A model generated the notes under the pieces. The model was not told where the DNA came from and did not search any database. It saw only the letters and a program-made list of their open reading frames with translations. This document shows, piece after piece, positions 12,366 to 23,138 of a DNA stretch of 64,000 nt. Position 1 is the first letter of the stretch. Every line of letters begins with the position of its first letter. Location: assembly GCA_043228905.1 (NCBI GenBank), contig JBHGNT010000014.1:15128001-15192000 (forward strand), in the 5' to 3' direction. This stretch comes from Azolla caroliniana. Its lineage: Eukaryota > Plantae > Polypodiophyta. A program made the position numbers and the translations under genes.

Positions 12366-12985
12366 GTGTCTTCCTTGTACGTTCGGTCGTCTTGTGACAA
12401 GGGAGCGTTTTGGGCGTGCCCATGCACCTCTCCTCCTCATAAAGACGTACGAGCATTTGTGTGTGTGCTTGTGTCTTCCTTGTACGTTCGGTCGTCTTGT
12501 GACGAGGGAGCTTTTCAGGCGTGCCCATGCACCTCTCCTCCTCATAAAGGCGTACGAGCATTTTGTGTGTGTGTTTGTGTCTTCCTTGTACGTTCGGCCG
12601 TCTTGTGATGAGGGAGCGTTTCGGGCGTGCCCATGCACCTCTCCTCATAAAGGCGTACGAGCATTTGTGTGTGTGTTTGTGTCTTCCTTGTACGTTCGGC
12701 CGTCTTGTGACGAGGGAGGTTTCAGGCGTGCCTATGCACCTCTCCTCCTCATAAAGGTGTACGAGCATTTTGTGCGTGTGTTTGTCACTTCCTTGTACGT
12801 TCGGCCGTCTTGTGACGAAGGAGTGTTTCGGGCGTGCCCATGCACCTCTCCTCCTCATAAGGACGTACGAGCATTTGTGCGTGTGTTTTGTGTCTTCCTC
12901 GTACGTTCGACGTCTTGTGACGAAGGAGTGTTTGGGTGTGCCCATGCACCTCTCCTCCTCATAAAGACATACGGGCATTCATGTT
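12366..12985. repeat. ~105-bp tandem repeat, ~6 copies, inside a solo LTR
   Basis: Unit GTGTCTTCCTTGTACGTTCGG...CATGCACCTCTCCTCCTCATAAAG...; starts at about 12366, 12471, 12577, 12679, 12784, 12890. Confidence 0.93.
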
Positions 12986-13026
12986 TGTGTTATCGTCCCC
13001 TTGTGTGTTCATCGTGCATGCTCATC

Positions 13027-13767
13027 TGACAGGAACTAAACGCTCCCCTATACGCAACGCTCGGCCACATCCAAGCTTAGATTCATGCACAGAAAACGGG
13101 AAATGAAAGCACGACACAAAGAGGAGAAGAGTACACAGGATGTTTACGTGGAAAACCCAAAGAGGGAAAAACCACGGCAGCCCACAGACTGCAAACTATC
13201 ACTATGCTAGAATGTACAACAGTGAGTTCACGGAGGCAACGACCTCGTGCTCACGATCCTCGCCACAGGCGGCGGTTACACCAGAGGCAACGACCTCTTG
13301 CTCTCTCTATATCTGTACATTGTTACACGCTCACTCTATTCTTGCACCAACAAGAATAGCAACGACAACCATCTTCAAAAAAGGTTTGCCCTAAGTCATA
13401 TTTATACTAATATGACTTTTCGGCTATTTACAAATAAAGCCACGATGGACTCTCAGAAACATATTTACAAATATGTCTCTTCATCCGGAGAGCACTCCTC
13501 ACCGGGCCTGCATCATCCGGATCTTGCCGGGTACTCCTCATCCGGTTCTTCACCGGGTTTGTACCATCCGGCTCTCCGTAGCCGGGTACTCCTCATCCGG
13601 TTCTCACCGGGTCTGCACCATCCGGTTCTCCGTAGCCGGGTCTGCACCATCCGGCTCTCCGTAGCCGGGTCTGCACCATCCGGCTCTCCGTAGCCAGGTA
13701 CTCCTCATCCGGTTTCCATCAACACTGTTCTTCTCCCTTCCCATCCGGAGGGACTTGTCTCCCAACA
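13027..13767 (-). mobile_element. Solo LTR of copia family T
   Basis: Reverse complement of the 226-992/32130-32869 LTR; perfect TSD TCATC (13022-13026, 13768-13772). Confidence 0.95.
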
Positions 13768-14137
13768 TCATCTTTGCTTGTACCCATTTGATCACTTGGC
13801 TCGTGCAGTGATCTCGAAAGGTCGACGAGTCGTGATCAACGAAAGCCACCGGCCTCACAAAACAAAGGGCAATGAGCCCTTGCTCAGGAAGGGGTCGAGA
13901 AATAGTATTGTCGTAAAGCAAACCTCGGGTCTTCTCTATCCCTTGAGTACTGCCTAGTCCAAGACCCCCGTGGTCCCGCCCAAGTAACACACTCGCGCGA
14001 AACTTCGCGACAACAGTTTTAGGCTTGTTGATCGCATCCTTGTAGTATCATTGTAGCTCCGATTCTTTTGTTCTTAATAGTTTGTTCACCTTCTTCTTCG
14101 CTCTCTCCCCCTCTTCGCTAAGAACGCATTGAAAGCC

Positions 14138-16792
14138 ATGTCTGATCTATCCGATAGCCTACCCCAAATACTCGCAACTTTGGAACAAATCCATGCCGAG
14201 AACGCTAACCTTTGTCAATCTTTACATGAGGTTTAGTCTGCCACATCCTTGGTTACCCTAGCCACCACACTCAACCCACGATCACCATCCCACTAACCCT
14301 ACTATGAACCCAAGGTTAGTCTTCTTGATAAGGTCGATGGAATGCATGCATGATTACGCCGCTTCCTTAATCAGATCCACCTCATCATCCGCCTATAGCC
14401 TCGTCGTTACGCCACAGGGTTTCAGCAAGTCGGTCTCTTCGGTTCGTTGTTGACGGGACCAGTGGAGGCATGGTTTGCTCCCTTGGTGGAAATGGCATCA
14501 CCACTTTTGGAAGATTGCCCAACCTTTTGCAAGGAGTTTGAAGCTACTTTCGGGGGGGAGAGACCGATGTAGAGTTACGCTCACTAAGATATATTCCCAA
14601 CAACAAAGTAATCGTGCAACCTCCACCTATGCCTCCGAATTCTGCCAACTTGCCTGCGATGTGGGGTGGGGCGATCAAGCCCTATGTGATCAATTTCGTC
14701 AGGGATTGAGAGGGGATGTAAAAACCTTATTACTAAATTTTCTAGAGCCGACTTGGTTGAACTAAGCGATAACATAGGTGATATGTTGTGATAACCTCCT
14801 CTTCGAGCTCCGTCAAGAGGAGCGTACGACTTGAGCAAAAGGCCTGGGCCGTCTTCTTTTTGGCCTTCTTCCTCTCAATCTTCAACCTTGCCATATGTGT
14901 CCCAAATGAAGTCCCAACCATTGATTCACCTACGCCGATGGAGGTGGATAAAGTGGGGCCCTGATCGTTGTCCAGTGCACAACAACAACATCGACGAGAC
15001 AACAACCTGTGTTTCTATTGTTGTGTATCCGGACATCTTGCTACCTCTTGCCTAGTGAAAGGTAGTCGCATACCGGGAAACTGGAGGGCCCATGTGCATT
15101 AAGAGCTATACAACTAGGCTTCATAAGTCAGATGATCAACTCTACTCATGAGGCATCATCTCAAAATGGTTTTACGGTACCGGTGAGCTTGCAGATAGGG
15201 ACTTGGGTGATATGCACCATTGCTCTATTTAATTTTGGAGCCACGACATATTTTATGGATGTGTTGTTTGGCCATACACACTCCATCCCTAAGGTCGTCA
15301 AAACAAAGCCTATTCCGGTCAAGGTTATTGACGGATGACCACTCCTCTCGGTTGCCATCATAGAAGAAACGATTCCACTAGAGCTCGTTCTGGGATCTCA
15401 TTAGGAAACGATCACGTTTGATCTAATTTCTTCCACCTGGTAGCTTGTCATTTTAGGGTTGTCTAGGTTAGTGACGCACAATCCCATTGTGGATTGGCAT
15501 AGGCAATACCTCAACTTCACAACTTGGATGGGCAAAGCTAACTATAACTTCAAAGTTGTTCACAACATCGGCGCTTCGCTCGGTCAGCTGAAGCCTGAGG
15601 ATGACCATCCTGCTCAAGTTGCTACTACAATCGAACATTCAACCTCAATTCTTTCAAAATATTGAGAGTTCTCTGATGTCTTTGAGAAATAGAATGCAAA
15701 TCGACTGCCAGAGCATCGGCCGTACGACTGTCGAATTGACATCCAGGATGGTGCCTATCCTCCCTTTGGTCCCATCTACGGGTTATTTGAACCAGAGTTG
15801 GATGCGCTCCGTGCATACATCGACGAAAACTTGGTGAAAGGGTTCATTCATCACTCAAAATCTCTGGCCAGGGCACCAATCCTGTTCGTAAAGAAAAAAG
15901 ATGGCTCATTGCGTCTATGTGTCGACTACTGAGGACTTAACAAGGTAACGATCCACAATCGCTACACACTACATTTGATTCTAGAGCTTTTGGATCGCCT
16001 TCGGCTCAGATGAGTGTTCTCAAAAATTGATCTACGAGTGACTTACAACCTAGTGTGTATCCGTCCAGGAGACGAATGGAAGATGACCTTTTGAACCCGA
16101 TACGGCTTGTTCAAGTATCATGTCATGCCATTTGGGCTAACCAACGCTCCTACCGTATTCTAACACATGATGAATGATATCTTCTGCGAGTATCTTGACC
16201 ATTTCATGGTTGTCTATCTACATGACATCCTCATCTACTCCCCAGATCTCGATACCCATGAGCTGCATGTCCACCTGGTGCTGTCAATACTTCGGGTTCA
16301 CATGGTCTTTACGCCAAAGATGAGAAATGCGCATTCAAGCAGTCTTCTGTAGAATTTTTGGGCTACATCATCTCTCCCGAAGGTATTTCCATAACGAAAA
16401 GTGGCCGCAATTCAAGGTAAGAGACGTTCAATCCTTGGCTTTGCAAATTTGTATCATCGGTTTATTAAAGGGTTCTCCAAAATTGTGCAACCATTGGTTG
16501 CACTCACCCGTAAGGACTGGCCCTTCTACTGGACATTGGCAAAACAATTTGCATTCATGGCACTTAAAATTGTCTTTATGACCACCCCAATACTCCACCC
16601 TGACCCAACAAAGCCATTCATAGTGGAAACAAATGCGTGAAACTTTGCTATCAACGCTATCGTCTCACAACCCGATAACAATGGGGTACACCATCCAATA
16701 GCTTACTACTCGCGTACATTCACAGCTCCGGAGATAAACTACCCGATCTATGATAAGGAACTTGTTACCATTATCTCCGCGTTCGAAGAATG
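14138..16792 (+). pseudogene. Gypsy gag-PR-RT-RNase H pseudogene
   Basis: EPKVSL..DG, ALCDQFRQGL, NLCFYC; GGGAAAC at gag end (15075-15081); [59 protein letters not shown]; numerous stops. Confidence 0.9.
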
Positions 16793-17403
16793 TGTTGGGA
16801 ATTCGGTCCCTCCGGATGGGATTAAGATGAGACAGAACGGACAGATCCGGAAGGTATCCGGATACCAGATCCAGGGACATCTGGAAATATGTTTCTAGTG
16901 TGCCTATCATGGCCATATTTGTTAATAGTCCTAAAGTCATATAAGTATAAATATGACTTAGGGCAATCACGATGGTGTGGTAGTTGTTATCATTATCGTT
17001 GTACAGAGAGAATGAGAGAAAAAAAATAGATGGTATTCTCTGTCGTAATTGTCGCTTGGCGAAGACATAGAGCTCGAGGCCGTTGCCTCTGAGTCTCGCA
17101 TTGTATCCTTTCTCTCATAGTGATAGTTGGTGTCTATGAGGTCCTGTTGTTTTTCCCTATTAGGGTTTTCCACGTAAACATATTGTGTCGTCTCTTCTGT
17201 GTAAGTGTATTAATCTTCATCTCTGTTTTGTTCTTCCATTGAGTGAGTAAGACTTGGGTGTGGCCGAGCACTATTCCACACAATATGGTATCAGAGCGAA
17301 GTTGTAAACTTCAAACAAAGAAAGAAAAATGGAAGAATCATTATGTAGCATGTTCAAGCTCACCGGCTCCAACTACTTAGTGTGGAAGTAAAAAATGAGG
17401 GAC
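16793..17403 (+). mobile_element. Copia 5' LTR (16793-17282), PBS and first ~25 codons of gag, truncated
   Basis: TGTTGGGA...CACA; PBS TGGTATCAGAGC 17286-17297; MEESLCSMFKLTGSNY. Confidence 0.9.
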
Positions 17404-18037
17404 CAAATTCCCGACAAACTCCCCCTTCACTCTGGCATGGGATTTCTCATTAATCTGATCCATCTTCGGCACGCGCCCAACTTGTCAGTTGAAAGCACCT
17501 TGGTCAGCATATCCGATCTGTTCTCCTTCATGTGGATCTTCGTCAGCATGAAGTCTTGATCTTTTACCCTCTCCTGGATCCAGTGATACCTCTACTGGAT
17601 GTGATTCGTCCGGAAATGGTAGGCCGCATTCCTCGCAAGGTGGATGGCACTTTGACTATCGCAGTAGAGCTAGAATTCTTCCTGCCGGATCCCTAACTCT
17701 CCGATGAAATCCTTCATCCAGATTATCTCCTTGCTGGCTTCCACAATTGCCATGTACTCTGCTTCCATTGTCAACAGTGCAACAGACTTCTGCAGCCTCG
17801 ACTACCATGATACAAGTTCCCCTGCATAAGTCATGACATATCCGGATGTAGACCGGCTGGTCTCCGCATCGGCCAACATATCCAAATCCGTGAACCTATC
17901 AAGTTGGGTTTTACTAGACCCAAACCGGAGGCACATACTCGAGGTGCCTTTTAGATACTGGAGTATCCACTTGGCCGCGTTCCAGTGCTCTCTTCCCCGA
18001 TTGCTCATGAACCAGCTAACTAGTCCGACAACATATG
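17397..18037 (-). pseudogene. Copia family-T RT end/RNase H, PPT and 20-bp stub of the 3' LTR (continues at 31308-32084)
   Basis: HWNAAKWILQYLKGTS...TSRSTSGYV...NPMPE*; PPT GAAGGGGGAG; LTR stub TGTCGGGAATTTGGTCCCTC. Confidence 0.9.
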
Positions 18038-18082
18038 TGAAAACGTGAGTGTTTGCGGAAGCGTAAAACAGAGAACAACACA

Positions 18083-18122
<40 letters not shown>

Positions 18123-18741
18123 AAAACGTAATTTCAAAATTATTTTCAGACTCTATCTACACACTGTGCTAAGTAGCACTATTTATACAAGTCCTCTTGG
18201 GACTGACAGAAGTACCATGTACTTCAATGCTCACACGAGCATCTGACACTTACTACGAGACTATAGCTACCTAGTAGTCTATCCTATACTAGGCTTCTGA
18301 TTGGACTTCTGGTTACAGATTGCACCCGGCCTCCACTGCTTGCCGGTTCGGTTGCTCACCGTCATACCGATCCGTTTCGCCCGATCCGTCTCGCTTACCG
18401 GCTCCGGCTTATTCAGCCGATCCGGCTCCGGTTGAGCTTGCCGCTCAACACTCCCCCTCAAGCTCAACCTGAGCTGGGGTTGTAGTGTCGACCTCTGTGG
18501 CAGTCGGTTCTTCCAACCGACTTCTCCTGGCGTCACTCCGCCTTGCTCGCGCTCCTCGTCCGGTCCGGTCCCGTTTGCCGCGACCCCTTTGGTTCTGCGC
18601 GCCTCGACCCTCTCGGTCGGCATGTCTGCTCAATAGGCCCATCTCAGCACTCACGTTGCTGTGACTCCGGCGCTTGCCGATCCGTCGGTTCTCCCACGAT
18701 GGCATCGACTTCCGCTATGTCCGTGTCCCCTTGTCCTTCAG

Positions 18742-21700
18742 TTAATCTGACTCATCCGGATCCATCTGTTGATCCGAGTCAGCTGTCTCCGACTCGTTCC
18801 AGCTCTTGTCCGAATCGGTACACTCCGATTCGACTTCCGGCTTCAGGCCTCTCACCACATCGGACCACTTCCGATTCTTGGCCTTCTCCATGCTTCCCTC
18901 GGCTTCTTTAGCCGGTGAATCGAAATCGAATTCTTCATTCGACTCCGCATCATGGTCAGTACCGTCGTGATGACCTCCGCACAGCATGCACTTCTCTTCC
19001 TGAGTGCACAACTCTTCTTCACAGTCGCTTGCTCCTTTCTGTTCGGATGTGTTGACTTCCTTCGTCGACTCGGCTTCCTTCATCTTCTTGTCTCCTCTTC
19101 TTCCGGCTCTCCTCTTACCGACGGGTTCAACAGTTTTTTGTCCTTTGCCCGTTTCGGTAGAGACTTTGCCCTTGCTTCTCCCCCTCAAGTGCGGCACGTC
19201 GAGATGCTGAATACCAAGCATGTCGGTAAAGTGCTGCAACTTGTCCGATCCGAGCGGCTTGGTGAAGATGTCGGCAACTTGCCGATCCGTATGAACATAC
19301 CGTAGGTCAACTTCACCGCTCAGGACCCGCTCACGCACGAAGTGGTAGTGCACCTCGATGTGCTTTGTGCGAGCATGGAACACAAGGTTCCTGGCGAGCT
19401 GCAGGCTGCTCATGTTATCGCAGTAAATCGGGATCGGGGTCGGTACCTCAATCCGCAAGTCTCGCAGCAGTCGCCGAAGCTAGATGGTTTCACAAGTGGC
19501 AACGGTAGCAGCCCGGTACTCAGCCTCAGTGCTTGACAAAGCCACTGTGGGCTGCTTCTTGTTGCTCCACGCAACGGCCGCGCTACCTATGGAGAACATG
19601 TATCCAGAAGTGGAGCGGCGATCAGACGCATCTCCGGCCCAGTCAGCATCTGTGTAACTGACAAGCTCTTTAGGTATACCTCGCCGGTATAGCAGTCCCC
19701 GGTCATTAGTGCCGCTGACATATCGTAATATTCGTTCCGCGCACTGAAGGTGCTCCACGGTCGGCTTCTGCATGAACTGACTTACCATGTCGACCGGATA
19801 GCTCATGTCGGGTCGGATGATGGTTAAGTAGATCAGTCTTCCGACAACCTGTCGGAACCGTTTCTCATTGCAGGCCGGTCCGGAGTTGGGACGAAGCTTC
19901 TGGTTCCGGTCCAGAGGTGTGGAGACAGGTCGACAATCCGTCATGCCGAACTTATACAACATATTCAACACGTAATGTCGTTGTGAGAGCAATATGCCGT
20001 CGGGGGTCCGGATCACTTCGATCCCAAGAAAATAATGAAGGTCCCCCAGGTCCTTCATTTCGAATGTGTCCGACAACTCGGACTTGACGCGGTTGATTTC
20101 GGGAAGACCAGGTCCAGTGATGACTAAATCATCCACATACAAGAGTATACATACCGGACCGTCAGAGCCTTGCTGGATGAACAACGAAGAGTCCGACTTA
20201 GAGACAACAAAACCCAGCTTACGCAACCGGTGCGTGATCTTCGCGTTCCAAGCTCGAGGGGCTTGCTTCAACTGTAAAGCGACTTCTTCAGTCGGCATAC
20301 CGCCGACTTGTTCATCTCCGATTGGAATCCGGGGGGCTGAGTCATAAAGACTTCTTCTTCAAGCTCTCCTTGAAGGAAGGCGTTCTTCACATCCATCTGG
20401 TGAAGATGCCACCCCCTTGCCGCAGCAACCGCCAGTACCACACGAACCGTCGTCATCTTCGCCACAGGAGCGAAGGTCTCGTCGTAGTTGATTCCGTGGG
20501 TCTGCGCGTATCCCTTCGCCACTAACCGGGCTTTGTACCGGTTAACAGAATCGTCGACGTTGTACTTGACCTTGTACACCCACTTGCATCCGATCGGTTT
20601 ACAATGACGGGGAGGATCAACTAGGTCCCAAGTTTCGTTGGCATCGAGTGCTCACATTTCTTCGTCCATAGCGGCACGCCAATTTGCGTCCTTTGCCGCT
20701 TCTGCGTAGCTCTCCGGCTCACGCACTTCTGTCACCTTAGTCATGTACGCATAATGATGCGCCATGTATTCATTGTACCCGTATCGCATGACGGCATCCT
20801 TCTGCCGGGTTGAGCGGCGCAACGCACCATCACCTGATTTGAGGCCCTTCTTGGCCAGTTCGTTCTTCGTTGCCGAAGATCCGCCTTTCTCCTTTCCGGA
20901 GTCGGATACGCACCGATCCGACTCATCGTTGCCGGTTTCGAATTCCGGCATCTTCCTCTTCCCCTTCTCTTTGCGCGTGAACCGTTTCCTCGGTTCCTTG
21001 CGCGGGGAGAGCACGACAGAGTCTCCACCACTTGCCGTCTCTTCATCCGACTGGTCCAACAGACTCAGTCGCTCGTTCGGTCCACTCAACCCTAACGATT
21101 CCGGACTCTCATCTTGAGTCCTGGCTTCATCATCCTCTGCCAAGGCTGATTCAGGCTCACTGGCCTGATCTTCCGACATTGGGTCGGGATCGGAAGTCGG
21201 AGTCGGTACGGAGTACCAGGATGCCGATTCATCGAACTCGACATCCCGGCTAACTCGGACTTCCTTCGTACGGGGGTTATAGCACTTATACCCCTTTTGC
21301 TCTTGCGCATAGTCGACTAGGATGCATTTTTCCGATTTTGCATCCAGCTTTCTCCGCTTCTGATCCGGCACATGCACATACGCTATGTTGCTGAATATCC
21401 GAAGGTGTCTTAAGTTCGGCTTGCGCCCGAAATACAGCTCATGAGCTGACACCTTGTCACCAATGCGGTTTTGTATGTAGACGGTCGTCCGGACCGACTC
21501 CGCCCAGTAGAACCGGGGCATGCTCTTCTTCTCCAGCATTGCCCTTGCCGCTTCGACGAGTGTCCGGTTCTTCCTTTCGGCCACACCGTTTTGCTCCGGT
21601 GTGTATCTGCAGCTGAACTCTCTCCGAATTCCCTTCTGCTGCAGATAACTAGTGAATTGGCCGGAAAAATATTCCTTTCCGCCATCCGACCTAAGGCATT

Positions 21701-22294
21701 TGATCTTCCTCTCCGATTCCCGTTCCACCATCTTCTGGAGGCTCCGGAAACAGTCGAAGACTTCGCTCTTCCGCTCAATGAGGTAGATCCAAGTATGTCG
21801 AGTATAGTCGTCGATGAAGGAGACAAAGTATCGGCTCCCGCCAAGGCTTACACTTTGTGCCGGTCCCCACACATCCGAATGGATGAGATCGAGCTTGTTA
21901 CGGCTCCAGTTCCGTTCGGTGGGGAATGGAAGCCGGTGTTGCTTCCCAAGTTGGCAGGCTTCACAAATTTCGGCTCTCCGGCCGCTGTACTTCGGCAAAC
22001 CGAAAACGACTTGTTTCGTTTGCAGGTCTTGAAGCCTCCGGTAGTTGACGTGGCCTATCCGCTTGTGCCACAGGTCGATGTCCGACTCGACCTTCTGTCG
22101 TTTCGCGAACAGAGCGGTGCCAAAGTCATTGGTGTTGAGGATAAACATCCTCCCGTCTCTGCGCCCTTGTGCAATGACTTCGCCCTCATCCTCAATGAAG
22201 CACCCGAGGTGCGTAAACCGCACCTGCATCCCCTGGTCGACAATCTGACCGACGGACACCAGGTTCTTCGTGATTGTCGGAATGTGTAATACGT
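18742..22294 (-). pseudogene. Copia pol: GAG-pre-integrase, integrase, RT, RNase H plus charged C-terminal extension
   Basis: [58 protein letters not shown]; broken by stops (~20652, ~19480) and a frameshift (~20270). Confidence 0.95.
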
Positions 22295-23098
22295 TGTCGT
22301 GAAGAAAACCGTCCATAGGCGGAATCGGCGCACCAAGGCGTGGGAACCGGTTCTTCACGCGCGCACGCTCCGAGTTGTACATAGAAACGAATTGAGAGGA
22401 TAATCGGCAGGAACGGGCCCTAACTCAAGTGGAGACAAAGACCGCGCGAACAGTCTTTTCGGTCGCGCGCGCGAACTGTACGAGTCGGCGGCGTAACTAC
22501 GCGGATCCGTGAAAAACGGAGCGGATCCCTGTCCAAAAGGGACAGGGAATAAAGCTGACACGACGGCCTGTTCGTCGGCCTATATAAGGAGCGGGAAAGA
22601 GCTGTTGCAGGGATCTGGCGCGGAGAGGACGAAGTGCTGTCGGACCGTTTCTGGACGCTTCGCTCTCTCTGTTTCCTTCCTTCTTGAGCTCCAAAGCTTT
22701 CTGTGCAGGGTTCCGGGGAGGCTCGCGCTGTTTCGAGGAACGCCCGAGTGCTTCCGGCAGCACCTCCGACCTGCTACCCCCCCCCCATTTCCCCGTTTGT
22801 GCGTCGAAGCGAACAGGCATCGGCATCTGTTCGCCGGCCTGTTCGGTTGCAACCAACCTGTGCCCCATCGGGGGTTGTAGTCGTGTTAGCCATTTTGTTA
22901 ATACACATATTTAGTCATTCGCATCCGTCTGTGTCGGTGTCTGTTCGCGTTCTCCGTGCTGAAGGGCCGTGTCCCTGTGTATCCCCGGTCCTGCGTAGCC
23001 GGTTCTCTCTCTTTCTCCTCCCTCGCTTGCTCTTTGGTTCGAGACCCCCGCGGTCCCGCCTCTATTCCACACGCACTTGCGTAATATCTCGACATCTT

Positions 23099-23116
23099 TG
23101 GTGAACCCGACGTGAA
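23099..23116 (+). promoter_or_regulatory. Primer-binding site complementary to plant cytosolic tRNA-Trp 3' end
   Basis: TGGTGAACCCGACGTGAA is the reverse complement of ...TTCACGTCGGGTTCACCA; the same PBS occurs at 55301-55318 (+) and ~54096-54113 (-). Confidence 0.85.
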
Positions 23117-23138
23117 AGAGGCGGCAGAAGAGCAGAAG

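Larger units (their letters stand above)
11516..14012 (+). mobile_element. Large solo LTR (TGTCG...CGACA type) nested in the chromovirus 5' LTR
   Basis: TGTCGTGA...TCGCGACA termini; TATAAAA at ~11875; flanks GCAG/ACAG (degenerate 4-bp TSD). Confidence 0.7.
11166..16792 (+). mobile_element. Degenerate Ty3/gypsy element of chromovirus (Tcn1/sushi-like) type; 5' LTR 11166-11515 plus ~14017-14079
   Basis: LTR start TGTCACGGACATG is homologous to the 3161-5815 LTRs; TATAAATA at 11406; gag-pol follows from 14138; truncated by a copia LTR at 16793. Clade assignment is inference, since the chromodomain region is absent. Confidence 0.8.

Noticed and set aside
12231-13029. Overlapping 120-240 aa ORFs
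   Set aside because: By-products of the 105-bp repeat, with unit lengths that shift frame.
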